A DNA stretch of 64,000 bases, from NCBI GenBank assembly GCA_964016885.1, contig OZ024744.1, positions 90,644,001 through 90,708,000 of the forward strand, written 5' to 3'. Under the pieces are notes generated by a model that saw only the letters and a list, made by a program, of their open reading frames with translations, ran no database searches and was not told the origin of the DNA. The stretch comes from Eledone cirrhosa (taxonomy: Eukaryota). Shown here in pieces: positions 11,258 through 26,623 of this stretch. The position numbers and the translations under genes are program-made. The number at the start of each line of letters is the position of its first letter. The stretch's first letter is position 1.

Positions 11258-14075
11258 CTAATGGATGCGGTTTAAACTACCAGAGTTTTTAGGTCTATAA
11301 TAGAAGAAGGAATTAGAAATAGCATGCGGACAGGACGAAAATATTTCAGATTTTCTATTAAGCAATAAGTTCCTAGAGAAAATTATAGAGTGGGTCTCTA
11401 AGATACAAAGATTACAGAATTTAGCGTGTGTTGAAAGGTGATTAGATTGTGCTACTATACGCCAATTTAGGCTATATGGTATACCAGCCCCTTTTAAATC
11501 CCAAATATGGTGTGCCAAAGAAGTAGAGTTCTTAAACTTGATATGCTTAAAATTAGAAACATGTGAATTAAACCTAGTTTTAAAAGTATTAGATGTAGAG
11601 CCTATATATGTTCTACAAGAAGAATTAGTCTTAACTTCACATGCATAAACAATATTCCTAGAGAGGCAGTGACCATTTAAAGGGCAGTTATTACTTAATC
11701 TACAGTTACACTTCCGGGTACTAGTGATTAGCTGATTACGCGAAGCATTATTCCTAGGGTTATTAGAAGATCTTGCTCGGGTGGTAAGTTATTATTAGAG
11801 CTATCTAGATTAGTGGTAAGCAAAGAGCAGTAGCTGTCCCTAATTTTCCTCTTGTTAGTGCTAGCTAGATGAGAATTAATGTTAGGGGTGGTAGAGAAGG
11901 AGAGTTTAATTACATTCTTATTAAAGACACTATGGTATTTATTAGTAGGAGGGAAATTTTTCTCTAAACTAGAAAAGAAATACCTAGGGATATTAGTTAA
12001 TACTTCATGATTATAAGGCGGGTTAAAGTAAGTATTGAGCTTCCTCCTATTCTTACCTTTACTATTTCTATTTCTATCTCGTATCCTATTAATAGGAACA
12101 GGGTTAATACGAGGACCAGTTGAATTAACACTATTAGAAGCCGTTAAAACATTACCACTGGGTGAACGTTCAGAGCGCCTATCGTGTCTATTAGAACTAA
12201 TCTCGAAATGTGTACCATTAGACTCACTATTACGATTACTATTGCGGTAGCTATACATAGGGTTCGGTTTAGATATATCTATAAAATTTCTATGATTCCT
12301 AAATTTTCTTCTCCCATTCAAGGCCATATTATGGGATATCACGTTATTATGGGTAATCGGAGTCATTCCAAGGTTGTCATCTTTATAATGTATTCTACCA
12401 GAGTAACCAGAGTTGGCTAGGGCATTATTATAATACTCAGCATGTGAATTAAAGATTCCTATATCTTTAGAGAGTGTGGAGATTCTATTAGATACACCAT
12501 TAATAATAGAACTAATCATAGAATTAGGGTGGTTGGAATTAGGATTAACGTAAGAGAGTGTCTCATTTGGCTTGTGGAAGGGTTTATAATCATTAGTGAC
12601 CAAGTCCAATGTCACATCTAAAAAGTTAACTGCTCTATCATTCTTATCAGTCGTGATCGAAAGGTTAAAATTTAAAAAAAATTTATATAACTTCTTATTA
12701 TGTTCAATGCCATTAGTACTAGAGTTTATCACAAATAATGCATCGTCACGATAAAGTCCACCTTTAAGGTGCGGAAAGCTAACATAAAGTTCGTTCAAGA
12801 GGTATAGCCCAACAAGATCAGTTACCTGCGCAGAGTCACTCGAACCCATGGTAACATCAAAGTTGTTGGGTGCGTTTTTACGCGTCCAAAGTGTATCCTC
12901 GAATTTGATGATAGTCCTACGGGCGGCTAGTATAACATCAATCTGGGGTCGCGTAAGACTAGACATTCGCATGGCCATAATTAAGGCTTTATTAAGGAGG
13001 ATAGGTGATATCGACGTGTAATAGGCGTCTATATCAAACTGGATAAACCTACTAGACTTAAGCTTATTAATACCAGAGAACCAATCAATAACATCCATAG
13101 TATTCCCCATAGATTAAAATGAACCTTTTCCCTAACGGTAGGTATAATCAGGTCAAGAATTTTTTTACTAATTATAGCTATATCAGACTTAGAAGGACTG
13201 ATAAGTCTAACAGTAGGATTACTTAAGAAGTCTACCTTATGATCCTTAAGTGTGAATCTCGGTTCCCTAGGGTAATATGGTTGGGTATACTTATCAAGAC
13301 CCAGATCCGAAACTATCTTGAGGCCCTGATTATTAATTTGATCTAAATTATCCTGCGTTGTCTTTTTGTAATTCTTATGTAGCTCCTTATAAATAAAATT
13401 ACGGTAGGCAATATAATCCATAGAGTAAAGATTCTTAGTCTTGTCAGCCGGGACAAGAATAGACTTATTCCCTTTAAAATCCTTAACAATATTCTTAAGT
13501 TTAGACTGGAACCTGTCAAATTTACTATAGTTCCCATATTTATTATGCGGCGTATATTTAATATTTTTGACAAGGGAAAGTAAATCGTTCTCAAAACTAT
13601 CTAATAGAACATTTTGCGGTGGACTTTTATAAGTCTTGAAGCCAAAGTTATTGAATGGAGTCTTATCCCGGGGGTTAATCAAATTCCTAGTACCATCAAA
13701 GTGGAAAGCACGCCATCTAATCCGTTTTACGAAAGAGTTAACGCTAGCAATCAAGAGTTTTTCATAAGTATTTCTAGAGGGGATGGGAATATTCTTCAGA
13801 GATAAAGGCAAGTAGCTCTTTGTTAGCATACTGTCAGATGTATATAAAGGTCAAAACACCAGTATATAGGATAAAGCTCAACCAATCGGGAGCCGTAATA
13901 AGATTAAAATAATTGAGTGCGTTGGAGTTAAACACACTCGTTGTATTAGAGAAATGACAGTAAAGGTATAGCTCAATGTAATTCAACAGAGCCGTAAAAT
14001 TATAAAAAATAAACAAAGAAGCCTTCAATACATCAGAAGTCTTTATTAGCCGACAGTGTTTCGTCCCATTAATAG

Positions 14076-14080
<5 letters not shown>
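11258..14080 (-). mobile_element. near full-length Penelope-like element (Naiad-type RT plus C-terminal GIY-YIG), frameshifted
   Basis: SLKNIPIPS..KRIRWRA, PADKTKNLY, LKDHK, QFDIDAYY, VTMGS, LYRDD, NFLD, FNPPY, CNC..CPLNGHC..IVY, YIGST..FKTRF..H. Frameshifts near 13100 and 11770; a half-hammerhead lies at the 5' end (14050-14080). Confidence 0.92.
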
Positions 14081-14124
<44 letters not shown>

Positions 14125-14125
<1 letters not shown>

Positions 14126-14300
14126 CATTCCACTGCAAAGTGGTCGTGGAGGTGCCACGGCAAAAAAGCACCCAGCACTCACTGTAAATGAGGTTGGTGT
14201 TAGGAAGGGCATCGAGCTGTAGAAATCAAGCCAGAATCAGTTCCCGTCCCACCCTTGCAAGCAGGGAAAAAGCGGACGTAAAATGAAATGAAATGAAATG
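14125..14300 (+). mobile_element. 3' half of the SINE seen at 667-930
   Basis: Near-identical to 757-925. Confidence 0.75.
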
Positions 14301-16115
<1,815 letters not shown>

Positions 16116-16117
<2 letters not shown>

Positions 16118-16223
16118 TTCACCGTATTTTTGACTAAAGGAATTTTAGCCTGATAATGGGGTTTAGAACCCTCAGGTAAATGGAAAAAGATGAGTATTCC
16201 TTTAGTCAAAAATACGGTGAAAG
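16116..16223. repeat. 28-bp perfect inverted repeat enclosing 52 bp
   Basis: CTTTCACCGTATTTTTGACTAAAGGAAT / ATTCCTTTAGTCAAAAATACGGTGAAAG. Confidence 0.85.
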
Positions 16224-16519
16224 CTATTCTATTTTCTAATTTCAAACCTGCTCACTGTTTCAAAACATACTTACCAATATATATATGTATATATATATAT
16301 ACGTATATATATATATGTATATATATATGTATATGTATATATATACGTATATATATATGTATATATATATATGTATATATATATGTATATATATATACGT
16401 ATATGTGTATATATATATATGTATATATATACGTATATATATACGTATATATATATATATTTATATATATACATATATATATGTATATATATGTATATAT
16501 ATGTATATATATGTATATT

Positions 16520-16662
16520 TTTAGTCCAGAAATATCCGTCAAAACGGCTTGAGCTCCGCCGTCGGGGTCTTACTTTCTCCTATTACCCACTCTACTACCC
16601 TAAGTATTAAGTACTCTGGTGCGTTATGGTCCATCTGGTTCCTTACCACAACTCCTTTGTTA
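16520..16662 (-). repeat. diverged copy of the 948-1164 repeat
   Basis: GCCGTCGGGGTCTTACT..TACCCACTCTACTACCCTAAGTATT..GGTCCATCTGGTTCCTTACCAC. Confidence 0.75.
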
Positions 16663-16698
16663 TATATGTATATATATATATGTATATATATATGTATA

Positions 16699-16903
<205 letters not shown>

Positions 16904-16926
16904 GTATCGGATTATATATATATATA

Positions 16927-19701
16927 ATCATCTCGGTCTATGCTCCCCAAGCAGGCCTAGGCAAAGATGAGAAAGACTGCTTTTATGAGCAACTTTTGCA
17001 AACAACCACAATGACAGAGGACGGAGACATCGTTATGCTAGCAGGAGACTTCAATGGTCATGTTGGACAGCTCCAGGATGGTTACACTGGGGTACATGGT
17101 GGGCACGGTTACGGTTCAAGAAATGAAGAAGGAGTGAGACTTCTTGAATTTTGTGATGCAAGTACATTGACTATTTGCAACACAAACTTCCAGAAACCTG
17201 CCAATCACCTAATAACCTACAAATCTGGTGAGCACATAAGCCAGATTGACTTCCTGCTAGTTAGGCAGCGGGACAGGCAGATAGTGTCTAATACCAAGGC
17301 ATACCCTGGGGAAGAATGTACCCCACAGCATAGGTTAGTTGTTAGTGATATCTCAGTAAGCAAGAAATGGAATGAGACATATAGGAAGGTGTGGAGAAGA
17401 AAGGTCTGGAAGCTAAAAGACCTTTCACTAAAATTCAAATTTAGGAAAGCCCTTCAAGATGTATATGACGAAAAAGAAGACGATTTAGAGACGTATGACA
17501 TAGATAATAACTGGAAGTTCTTACGTGACAACTTGCTGAAGGCTACTGATGAAACCTGTGGCTGGAGCAGAGCTCCAACCAGACAGAGAGTGACCTGGTG
17601 GTGGAACAGCAGTGTAGATAAGGCTATTAGAGACAAAAGACTAGCATGGAAGGCTTGGAATAAGGGTGGGAGTAGGGAAGAATATACAGCCACTAAGAGA
17701 GAAGCTAGACGTCAGGTGTACTTAGCACGCAGGGAGGCAGAGAGTAGGAGGTTTGCCAATGTTCTGCGACGGGAAGATCAGAGGCGTGCGGTGTTCCACA
17801 TTGCAAGGCAGTGTGTCAATGCAAATCAGGATGTTGTTGGTGATAAATGTGTCCGGGATGATGCCGGTGTACTTAGTGTCACGAATGACCAGAAAAAGGA
17901 GGCCTGGAAATGTCATTATGAGAGACTGATGAATGTGGAGAACGAATGGGAGAGAGAGAAATTACCCTTGGTAGATCCGACAGAGGGACCAGCTATTGAG
18001 ATTGACGAATATAGGGTCCAAGAGGCGATTAGGGAAATGAAAAATGGTAAGGCGGCCGGACCATCGGGAATAGTTGCTGAGATGCTGAAGGCATCAGGGG
18101 ACGTAGGCACTAAACTGGTTGCACGCATAATCAATCAGGCTATATATGGTGGTGTCATACCCAAAGACTGGTGCAGCAGTATTCTCATAAATTGCTACAA
18201 AGGTAAAGGGGATGCTTTGGAGAGGAGCAATTATAGGGGTATAAAACTGATAGATCAGGTTATGAAAGTGGCAGAAAGGATTTTAGCACAACTAATTAGA
18301 GAAAGGGTCAAACTAGATGAGATGCAGTTTGGTTTTGTGCCTGGGAAGAGTACAACAGATGCCCTCTTCTTGGTGAGACAAATGCAAGAGAGGTTCTTAG
18401 AGAAGAATAAGCCACTATACTTAGCCTTTGTTGACCTAGAGAAGGCCTTTGATAGGGTACCCCGATCTGTCATCTGGTGGTCCCTAAGGAAGCTGGGTGT
18501 TGAGGAATGGCTTGTAAGGACAGTGCAAACTTTGTACAGCGGTACTCTCAGTAAAGTCAGGGTAGGAATGTAGTTTAGTGAGGAATTCCAGATACAAGTA
18601 GGAGTACATCAGGGTTCGGTCCTCAGCCCGCTCTTGTTCATTATAGTCCTCCAAGCCATAACAGAGGAGTTTAAGACTGGCTGTCCATGGGAACTTCTCT
18701 ATGCTGACGATCTGGCTCTTATGGCAGAATCAGTAGAGGAGCTAGAGAATAAATTCCGGCTATGGAAACAGCAGTTGGAAGCAAGAGGACTGAGAGTAAA
18801 TCTAGCTAAGACAAAAGTGTTGATGAGTAGAAAAGAGGACAAAACCCTGATTCCGTCAGGGAAATGGCCATGTTCGATATGCAGAAAAGGAACTGGCATA
18901 AATTCTATAAAATGCACACAATGTAGGTCCTGGGTACACAAGAGATGTAGCGGGATAGCAGGCAAACTAACAGGTAGGGAGAAATATGTATGCAGTAGAT
19001 GTACAGGGAAATTAGACAGTAGAAGTCGCACTGATAGACACATTTTTCAAATGCGAGAGGGCGCTATAGAAGTGGTGGATAGCTTCCGGTACCTAGGAGA
19101 TCAGATTAGCATGGGAGGAGGGTGTTCCGAGGCCATAGTATCTAGAATAAGGACGGGTTGGAAGAAGTTTAGGGAGCTGCTTCCTCTGTTGACGAAGAAG
19201 GGTTTCTCCCTGTGTACGAAAGGCCGGTTGTATGATGCCTGTGTGAGGAGCGCGATGCTGCATGGTAGTGAGACATGGGCAGCTACCGCAGAAGATATGC
19301 GACAGCTGGAGAGAAATGAGGCAAGCATGCTCCGTTGGATGTGCAGTGTAAATGTGCGTGAACGACCCAGCATAAATGTGTTGAGAGAGAAACTGTGTCT
19401 GAGAGGGATAGAATGTAGTGTACGGGAGAGGAGACTGAGGTGGTATGGACATGTGATGCGCATGGAGGATGACCGATGGGTGAAGAAGTGCCAGGAAATG
19501 CCAGTTGAAGGAAGACGTGGTAGAGGTAGACCACGAAAAACATGGGCGGAGGTGGTGAGAACAGACCTCAGATCATTGAAGCTCACGGTGGAGATGACGA
19601 GGGACCGTGACGAGTGGAGAGATGCTGTGCTGAATAAGACCCGTCCCACCCTTGCAAGCAGGGAAAAGCGGACGTAAAATGATGATGATGATGATGATGA
19701 T
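16927..19701 (+). mobile_element. RTE-clade LINE, 5'-truncated in the APE domain; ORF broken by one in-frame TAG (18571-18573)
   Basis: [26 protein letters not shown] (APE); [37 protein letters not shown] (RT); PHD-like C4HC3 insert; (GAT)n tail. Confidence 0.95.
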
Positions 19702-19706
19702 GTATG

Positions 19707-19779
<73 letters not shown>

Positions 19780-19819
19780 AAATTACACAAATATCAAAGT
19801 TATGTTCAAATCATTTAAT

Positions 19820-19866
19820 CGCTGACAATCGTTTCTTCCAAACTTTAGTTTGGAGTCATCTGAGCA
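19820..19866 (-). ncRNA. variant minimal hammerhead motif (CAGAUGA core)
   Basis: TGCT-CAGATGA-c-TCCAAAC-taaa-GTTTGGA-a-GAAAC-gatt-GTC-AGCG. Confidence 0.5.
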
Positions 19867-20325
19867 TTAGCAATGTTTGTACATATAATTAACCTCCTAT
19901 TCAACTGAACAATCATATAGATACATATATATTGATGTTGTGAACAACCGTTTAGTATTTACAGGGTGTACTGGATGCAACATATATTATACGAGAATTG
20001 TACAAAAATTAAAATTAAAATTAAAAGCACAGAGTGAAATACATGAAACAGATAATACAAGAGAATAGTATAATAATTAAAGAGGCATTGAGAAAGAATG
20101 AAGACACTAGCAGTATATATTCAAGCGTGTAGAGAGTGCACATGCGTTAGTCATATATATAAGAAGGAAACAAGCAAAGGTATTAGGCATATATAAATAC
20201 TGTATGGCAAGGTATTACATAAAATACAAGCATTTTAAGCAAATATGTTAGTGTATTAAAATTATGGAGGATGTAATCCGATGATAGTTTCTGTAGAGTT
20301 CAAATTTGTATGTGTTGAGAATATT

Positions 20326-21725
20326 ACTTGTACTTGTGTCGACATTCACCCTGAACGGGTTGAGCCGGCTTCTTCCCTTGTCCTGATGGCATCCCGAACC
20401 ATGGCAGCCCACGCACAATGGTCCTGGGCTAGGTCACTGGAGATAGCGAGCCAGTCACGGTTCCATCGGCGCAGGCCGACCACCTGCAGACCTGAGAGTT
20501 CGGAGAGGTCCTCCTTGATCGTCGTTGCCCAGGTCTTCAGCTTCCCGCCAACGCGCTTGCGCCAGTTAGGGAGTGGAGGTGGGAGGAGAACATCGCAGAT
20601 CAGCTCACTCTCAGGGCACCAGGCTGCGTGACCAAACCATCTCAAACGCTGTTGCAGAAGCACTGAAGGAAGGGGTCGAAGATTCGTGTGAAGACGAAGA
20701 CTGGTGGTAGGTACCCGATCAACGTGTCGGCAGCGAAGAATGTGGTGGAGACAGTCATTGTCGAAGACCTCCAGCCCTCATAGATCGACTACCCTCATAG
20801 GCCATGTTTCACAGCCATAGAGGAGGATAGTGTGAACGACAGCCTGGTAGATTCGCCCTTTGGTCACCGAGGTGATCTCTCTTCTGTCCCACAGACACCG
20901 CTGGAGGCGCACAAAAGCGGATCTGGCAGCACCTATGTGTCGTTTGATCTCGGCTGTGCCCTGTCCCGTTGGAACCACTGTTGAACCCAGGTAAACGAAG
21001 GACTCCACATCCTCCAGGTCCACACCCTCGAGAGATATTGGCTGCCAGGCATCAGGCGAGACCAGTGACGTCATGACTTTTGACTTGGTGGCATTGATCT
21101 GTAGACCAACAGCAGCGGCTGCAGTGTGCACCCTTTCGAGAGCACCCTGTACATCTGTCCCGTTAGCGCCCATCTGCATAATGTCATCCGCGTAGGCCAG
21201 GTCCATCACCACGACTCCTCCCCCGACCTCTACGCCCGGGTAATCCCGGAGTGCTGTGTTGAGAGTGTAGTCAATGGCGTAGTTAAAGAGAGTTGGCGAT
21301 AGCGCCCACCCCTGCCAAACACCGGTCCCAACATCGAACGACTCCGTCTCCCCACCATAGACCCTCACTCGAGCTCGAGTCGCCCAGTAGTAGCTTTGTA
21401 TGAGAAGAAGCAGCTTCACTGGGATGCCGTCCGCCTGCATTATATGCCATAGGGCTTCCCGATCTTCCGAGTCGAAGGCAGCTGCAAAGTTGATGAAGCA
21501 GAGGACGGTAGGTTGTTGTTGTTCCAGGACACGCCGGAGAATGAAGATTTGATCAATGCACCCCCTCCCCGGGCGGAAGCCGGCCTGAGAAGGACGGGTA
21601 CGGACATCACGGATGACCTGGAACCTCTTCAGCACAAGGATTGCGAAGGTTTTGGCAGCAACATCAATTAAACTGATACCCCTGTAGTTGGAACACAGTT
21701 TCCTGTCGCCTTTTTTGAAGAGGCC
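20326..21725 (-). mobile_element. RTE-clade LINE of a second family, RT to 3' end
   Basis: LFKKGD..NYRGISL, QAGFRPGRGCIDQIF, YADD, YLGS, LLYGCETW, RRLRWFGH; (ACAAGT)n tail. Confidence 0.9.
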
Positions 21726-24350
21726 ATGCTGTGGCACCGCCCTTGTTGCTACACATTTTACTCCAGCCTGTATTGGTTGGCCACTGGTGCAAGAGGGAGT
21801 TTGTTGCTGCTGCCCTTAGGTTTCCCTCGTGCCTTGCTGTGGGCTCATCCGGGAAGCTGGATAGCAAGGTGTCGAGATGTTTCTTGAAGACATCCACGTT
21901 CACACCATGCAGATCTCTCAGATCCCTCGGCAGCTTGTTGAAGAGTTGAGGGCCCTTGAATCCCAGGCTATTGCAATATGTGGAAGACGGGACCTTTGGC
22001 ACCACACAGTGACGTCCTGTTCGACGGTTGGTCCAGCTCCCCATGCCAAAGTTTGGTGCTAGTCCCTTCAGGATTTTCCACATGTAGATCACTGCGTATC
22101 TCTCCCGCCTTCATTCCAAAGAGTAGAGGTTCAGTTCTTTTAGCCTCTCCCAGTAGCTTATCTCCTTCATCGTCGCAATCCTCTTGGTGTAGCTTCGCTG
22201 GATTTCCTTGAGCTCCGTGGTTAGTTTGATACTATGGGGTGACCACAACTGAGAGCAATTGCCCAGGCAGCTTAGGAAAAATGTCCTCCATAGTGTCAAC
22301 ATGGTGTCTCGGTCTCTTGTCCGGAAAGTCCTCAAGATCCAGCCAGTGAGTCGTCTGCACATTGTCGCCACTTTCATGATGTGTGAGGAAAAAGATACAT
22401 CATCGCTCATGTCTATACCCAGGTCTCGTATCGATTTTGACACGGGGATATTGGTCCCTCCTGGTCCTTCGTAACTCTGTTATACTGTATTTGTGTTTGC
22501 AGGTTTGTATTGTAGGGCTTGGAATTTGCCAGCATTAAACTGCATGTTGTTGTCTTCCGCCCATTTGTATATGGCATCCAGATCTTGTTGTAAAAGGGCA
22601 GCGTCAGCTGGGTTTTTGATTGCCTGTGCTACCTTAGTGCCATCAGCATAGCTAGTGAGGGATGTTGTTGTATGTACTACAGAGGGCATGTCTGAGAGAG
22701 CCACCAAAAACAGTAGTGGTCTCAGGACTGTGCCCTGGGGCACCCCACTTGTTATTGATGTTTCATTTGAGAGGGCCCCGTTTGCTGCGACTGTCTGGCT
22801 TCTGTCCTTTAAGAAGTCGTGCAGTCACTCACCTACTTTTCCAGTTATGCCGAGTCCGTGTAGTTTGTGACATATCATTCCGTGGTCGACCTTGTCAAAG
22901 GCCTTCGCAAAGTCAAGATATATCACGTCCACATGTGAGCTGTCTAGTAGTTGTCTCAGTACCCAGTCGTAGTGATGTAGCAGCTTCTTCCTGGGCGAAA
23001 GCGTGCTAGTCAGGCGGTCATTTTCCTCGAGGAAAGTGATCAGTTTCTTTCTGATGACTTGCTCCATGACCTTACTGATATGTGACGTCAGGGAGACTGG
23101 CCTATAGTTTTTGGCCTCCGCTCTGCTACCTCCTTTATGGATAGGGCATATTGTACCTTCTTTCAGCTCTCTGGGTAGTATACCGCTAGCCAAGGAGCTT
23201 CTGAAGAGCGTCTTCAGTGGAGTTGCTAAGGCCCGCTTACATGTTTTTAAGAGGACTGCTGGGAATCCATCAACCCAGCAGCTGAGTCTGTTCTAATTTC
23301 ATCTATGGCGTATACCACATCCTCCTCCGTTATGTCTATGTGGTTGATGGTCCCCATTTCTTGATGTAGTGTTGTGGCATCAGAGAAATCTTCTGGCTTT
23401 ATTATTTGCATGTGCCTCAGTGGACATGTGAACACACTTTTGTACTGTTCGTTTAGTATTTCACTCATTTCTTGGGGATTCTCGGTTAATGAACCGTCTG
23501 TATGGAAGAGTGGCCCAATCTTGCAGTGTACCAAGGCAGTTTCTTTTGCAAATTTAAAGAAGGCCTTAGGGTTTGTTTTAATATTTTCTATGGCCCTACT
23601 TTCTTTCTTTGCCCTCTCATTTTCATTGGAAAGTTTGAGTGCAATCTCGGTGTCAAGTATTGCATGTTTCAAATAGGATTCCTTCTTGTTTTTGTTTTCT
23701 TGTGCATTCAACTGGTTTGAGAGCTTGGTTCTTCGTCTCATAAGGATTTTCCTATCTCTGGGAATAAGATTTTTGTGTCTCTTGGCCTTTTTCTCCGGGA
23801 CAAACTTTTGGCATATAGTGTGTATCGTTGTCATGAAGTGTTGAAATTGTGTGTTGGTGTCTTGTGTGGCGGTGTTTTCGCTCGATAATTGCTTCCGGAT
23901 TTCTCTCTTGATCTTTTTCCAGTTAGCCTTGTAGAAGTTAAGGATGGATAACGTCCCGGTGCTTCTTGATGGTTGTGTCTCTGTTGGTTCTCTCGGACCA
24001 CATATCATTAGTTCTACTAAGTTATGATCCGAGAAAATTGTTGGTGTCACCTTTACATTGTGGATGAGCACTTCGTTGTTTGTAAAACAGAGGTCCAGGA
24101 CATTTTCGCCTCTTGTTGGGAAGAGTACTGCTTGTTCCATGAACAGCCTGTGTGTGAGGGCCAGCAAGAACTCCGTCTGTCTCTGTTCTATTGACATCAT
24201 TCCAGGGAGGAGGTGGCCCTCAGGCCATTTGACCTTTGGCAGGTTGAAGTCTCCCAGCAGTAGAATGTTGAGACCCTGGTCCAGTTTGTCAAGGACCTCT
24301 TCTATCCTACTGAGGCTATCCTCAAATTTACCCTCATGACTGGGGGCATA
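21722..24350 (-). mobile_element. CR1-group LINE ORF2 (APE plus RT), degenerate
   Basis: LLGDFNLP, PTRGENVLDL, SDHN, NYRPVSLTS, YLDFAKAFDKVDH, PQGTVL.PLLF, YADG, RDLGI, L..LNLYSLE. Confidence 0.88.
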
Positions 24351-24479
24351 CATGTACACACAGAATCAGATATACATACATGCACATGTACATAAAATTA
24401 AAAAAAATAAAAATATACATACATATATATATACATACACACATATTTACATATATATATATATATATATGAATCTGCA

Positions 24480-26210
24480 CACGCTTTGCCCAACCACTTT
24501 AACCCCTCCACCTCCGCCACTTTCACTTCCTCACGTCCCTCCACTGTAGTCACCATACCGCAGGACCTACCATTCTCTGAAGCTGAGTGTTCCCGCCTCG
24601 CCCTGGGTTTGCGTTTTATACCAACCACATCAACCTGTGACGAGTTCTGCACATGTGCCGAGATTGAGGGGTTCTTCCGTCGACTAAAGCTCAAGGCTTT
24701 TTTTCACGACACACCATCATTGACACAGATGGATGACTTTACTCGTCTCAGTCGCTGGCAATCACATTGCACGCCAAGCTTTGGCCAGTTCAGCACCCTC
24801 GACTCCTTTGTCGATACTTGCCAATGTATTTTGAACCGGTTCCGTTTCCACCAGCATTCTTGTCTCTCTCTAACATTACGCGGACTGAGCTCTCCGCTCT
24901 TCGCAACCTGCGTCGCGATTTCATTGTCATCAAACCCACTGATAAAGGTGGTGCTGTGGTGGTTTCAAGCGTTGACCTCTATAAGGCTGAGGTTTTCCGC
25001 CAACTTCACGATACCCTATTTTACTGGCCTTTATCCCTGACCTGACTCCTGGCTACCAACAACTCATGTCCTCCACCATTCACCAACTCATCTCCTCCTC
25101 TCTCTTACCCTCCACAGCCACCAACCTTATAGTATGCACCCCTCGCACACCCATCATCTACTTCCTCCCCAAAATACACACACAAAGATCCTGGCTGTCC
25201 TATCGTTTCTGCATGCAACTCTCCCACCGAGATCTTCTCTGAATACTTAGATACCACCCTCGCCCTGTTAGTCATCAACCTTCCCTCTCACATCCACGAC
25301 ACCAATCATGCTCTTAGACTCTTTAACTCCTTCTTCTTCTCTCCTGGCACTTCTCGGCTACTTTTCACCCTGGACATCACCTCTTTCTATACCGTCATCC
25401 CTCGTGATGATGGCTTCTGCACTCTCCAACACTTTTTAGACTTCTCCGTCTGGCTGAGCTTGTTTTGACCCTCAATGGGTTTTCCTTTTCCGGTGAATTC
25501 TATCAGCAGGTCTATGGGGTAGTGATGCGAACCAGAATGGGCCCAAACTATGCCAACTTGTTTGTTGGCTATGTCCAAGCCCAGATCTTCTCCCAGTATG
25601 CTGGAGCTACTCCTGAGCTATACGGTTGTTATATCGACAACTGTTTCAGCGCCTCCTCTCTATCATGACTGCTTTCTATCTTTTGTCCAATCTTTTAATC
25701 CCGTTCTCATCTTCACCACCTTCGTCTCTGATTCTTCAGTCCCTTTTCTCAATATCTCTTTATCTATCAATCACTCTCACCACACCCTCTCTACTTCGAT
25801 CTTCTATAAACTGACTGACTCCCACTCTTACCTCGACTTCACCTCCTCCCATCCAACCCACACCAAACACTCCATACTCTATTCCAAATTCCTCCGTCTT
25901 TGTCGGCTCTGTAGCCAGGCCCATGATTTCGAAACACATACCTTTCACATGGCTTCCCGCTTCATCCCGCGTGGATATCCCCCTACCCTGGTCCAAGCTG
26001 TTCTCTCCCTTGCCCATGAAACCGACCGTACCACAGCCCTCTCACCTACCACCCCACCACTTCAGCAACATATCCTTCGTTCCTTCTGCACCCCTCTTCT
26101 GTTGCCTGCCATTTCCGTTCTGGTGACTCTTCCCTACATATCTCAGTCCTGGGCGCCCTTTTACATCAAGAATCACAGGCCTTGTGCACTAGGACTGAAC
26201 AGAGTCTGAT
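24480..26210 (+). mobile_element. Neptune-type Penelope-like element, heavily degenerate
   Basis: LALGLRFIPT..FFRRLKLKAFF, IKPTDKGGAVVV, YFLPKIH, YQQVYGVVM..MGPNYANLF, YIDN, YLDFTSSHP, C-terminal LGLN. Confidence 0.85.
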
Positions 26211-26623
26211 TTATCGCCTTGGGTCCTATTTCCCTCATGGACTCAACTCGCCTCCCCAATTTCTTTAATACCCCGTCCGTTATCACACACACACTTGTAC
26301 ATTCACCCCTAGATTCCTCTCTTATTGCCCAAAACATAATACAGACCAACAAAATATGCACACTCCACTTTTCCCTTCACTGTTCTGTATACACCCATAC
26401 ACACTCTTATATTAACATACTTTTTCTCATAGCTTCGTACTTACAAGCACACACTTTTTTTTACTTACATATACACACACATATCCTCTTAGCTTCATAC
26501 GGACGTATAATAATACACGCTTGCACATGTACAAGTATAGCTCTTTATACAAAACGTTTATTTTTCCATTTCAGGTAGACGCACTCCATCATCCACTTTT
26601 CTAAAACAATATATCATACACAA

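Noticed and set aside
9840-11730. Selenocysteine-type Naiad (in-frame UGA at conserved Cys positions)
   Set aside because: Both PLEs have ordinary Cys codons in CxC..CP..G.C. The break near 9920 is TAA and the other breaks are frameshifts.
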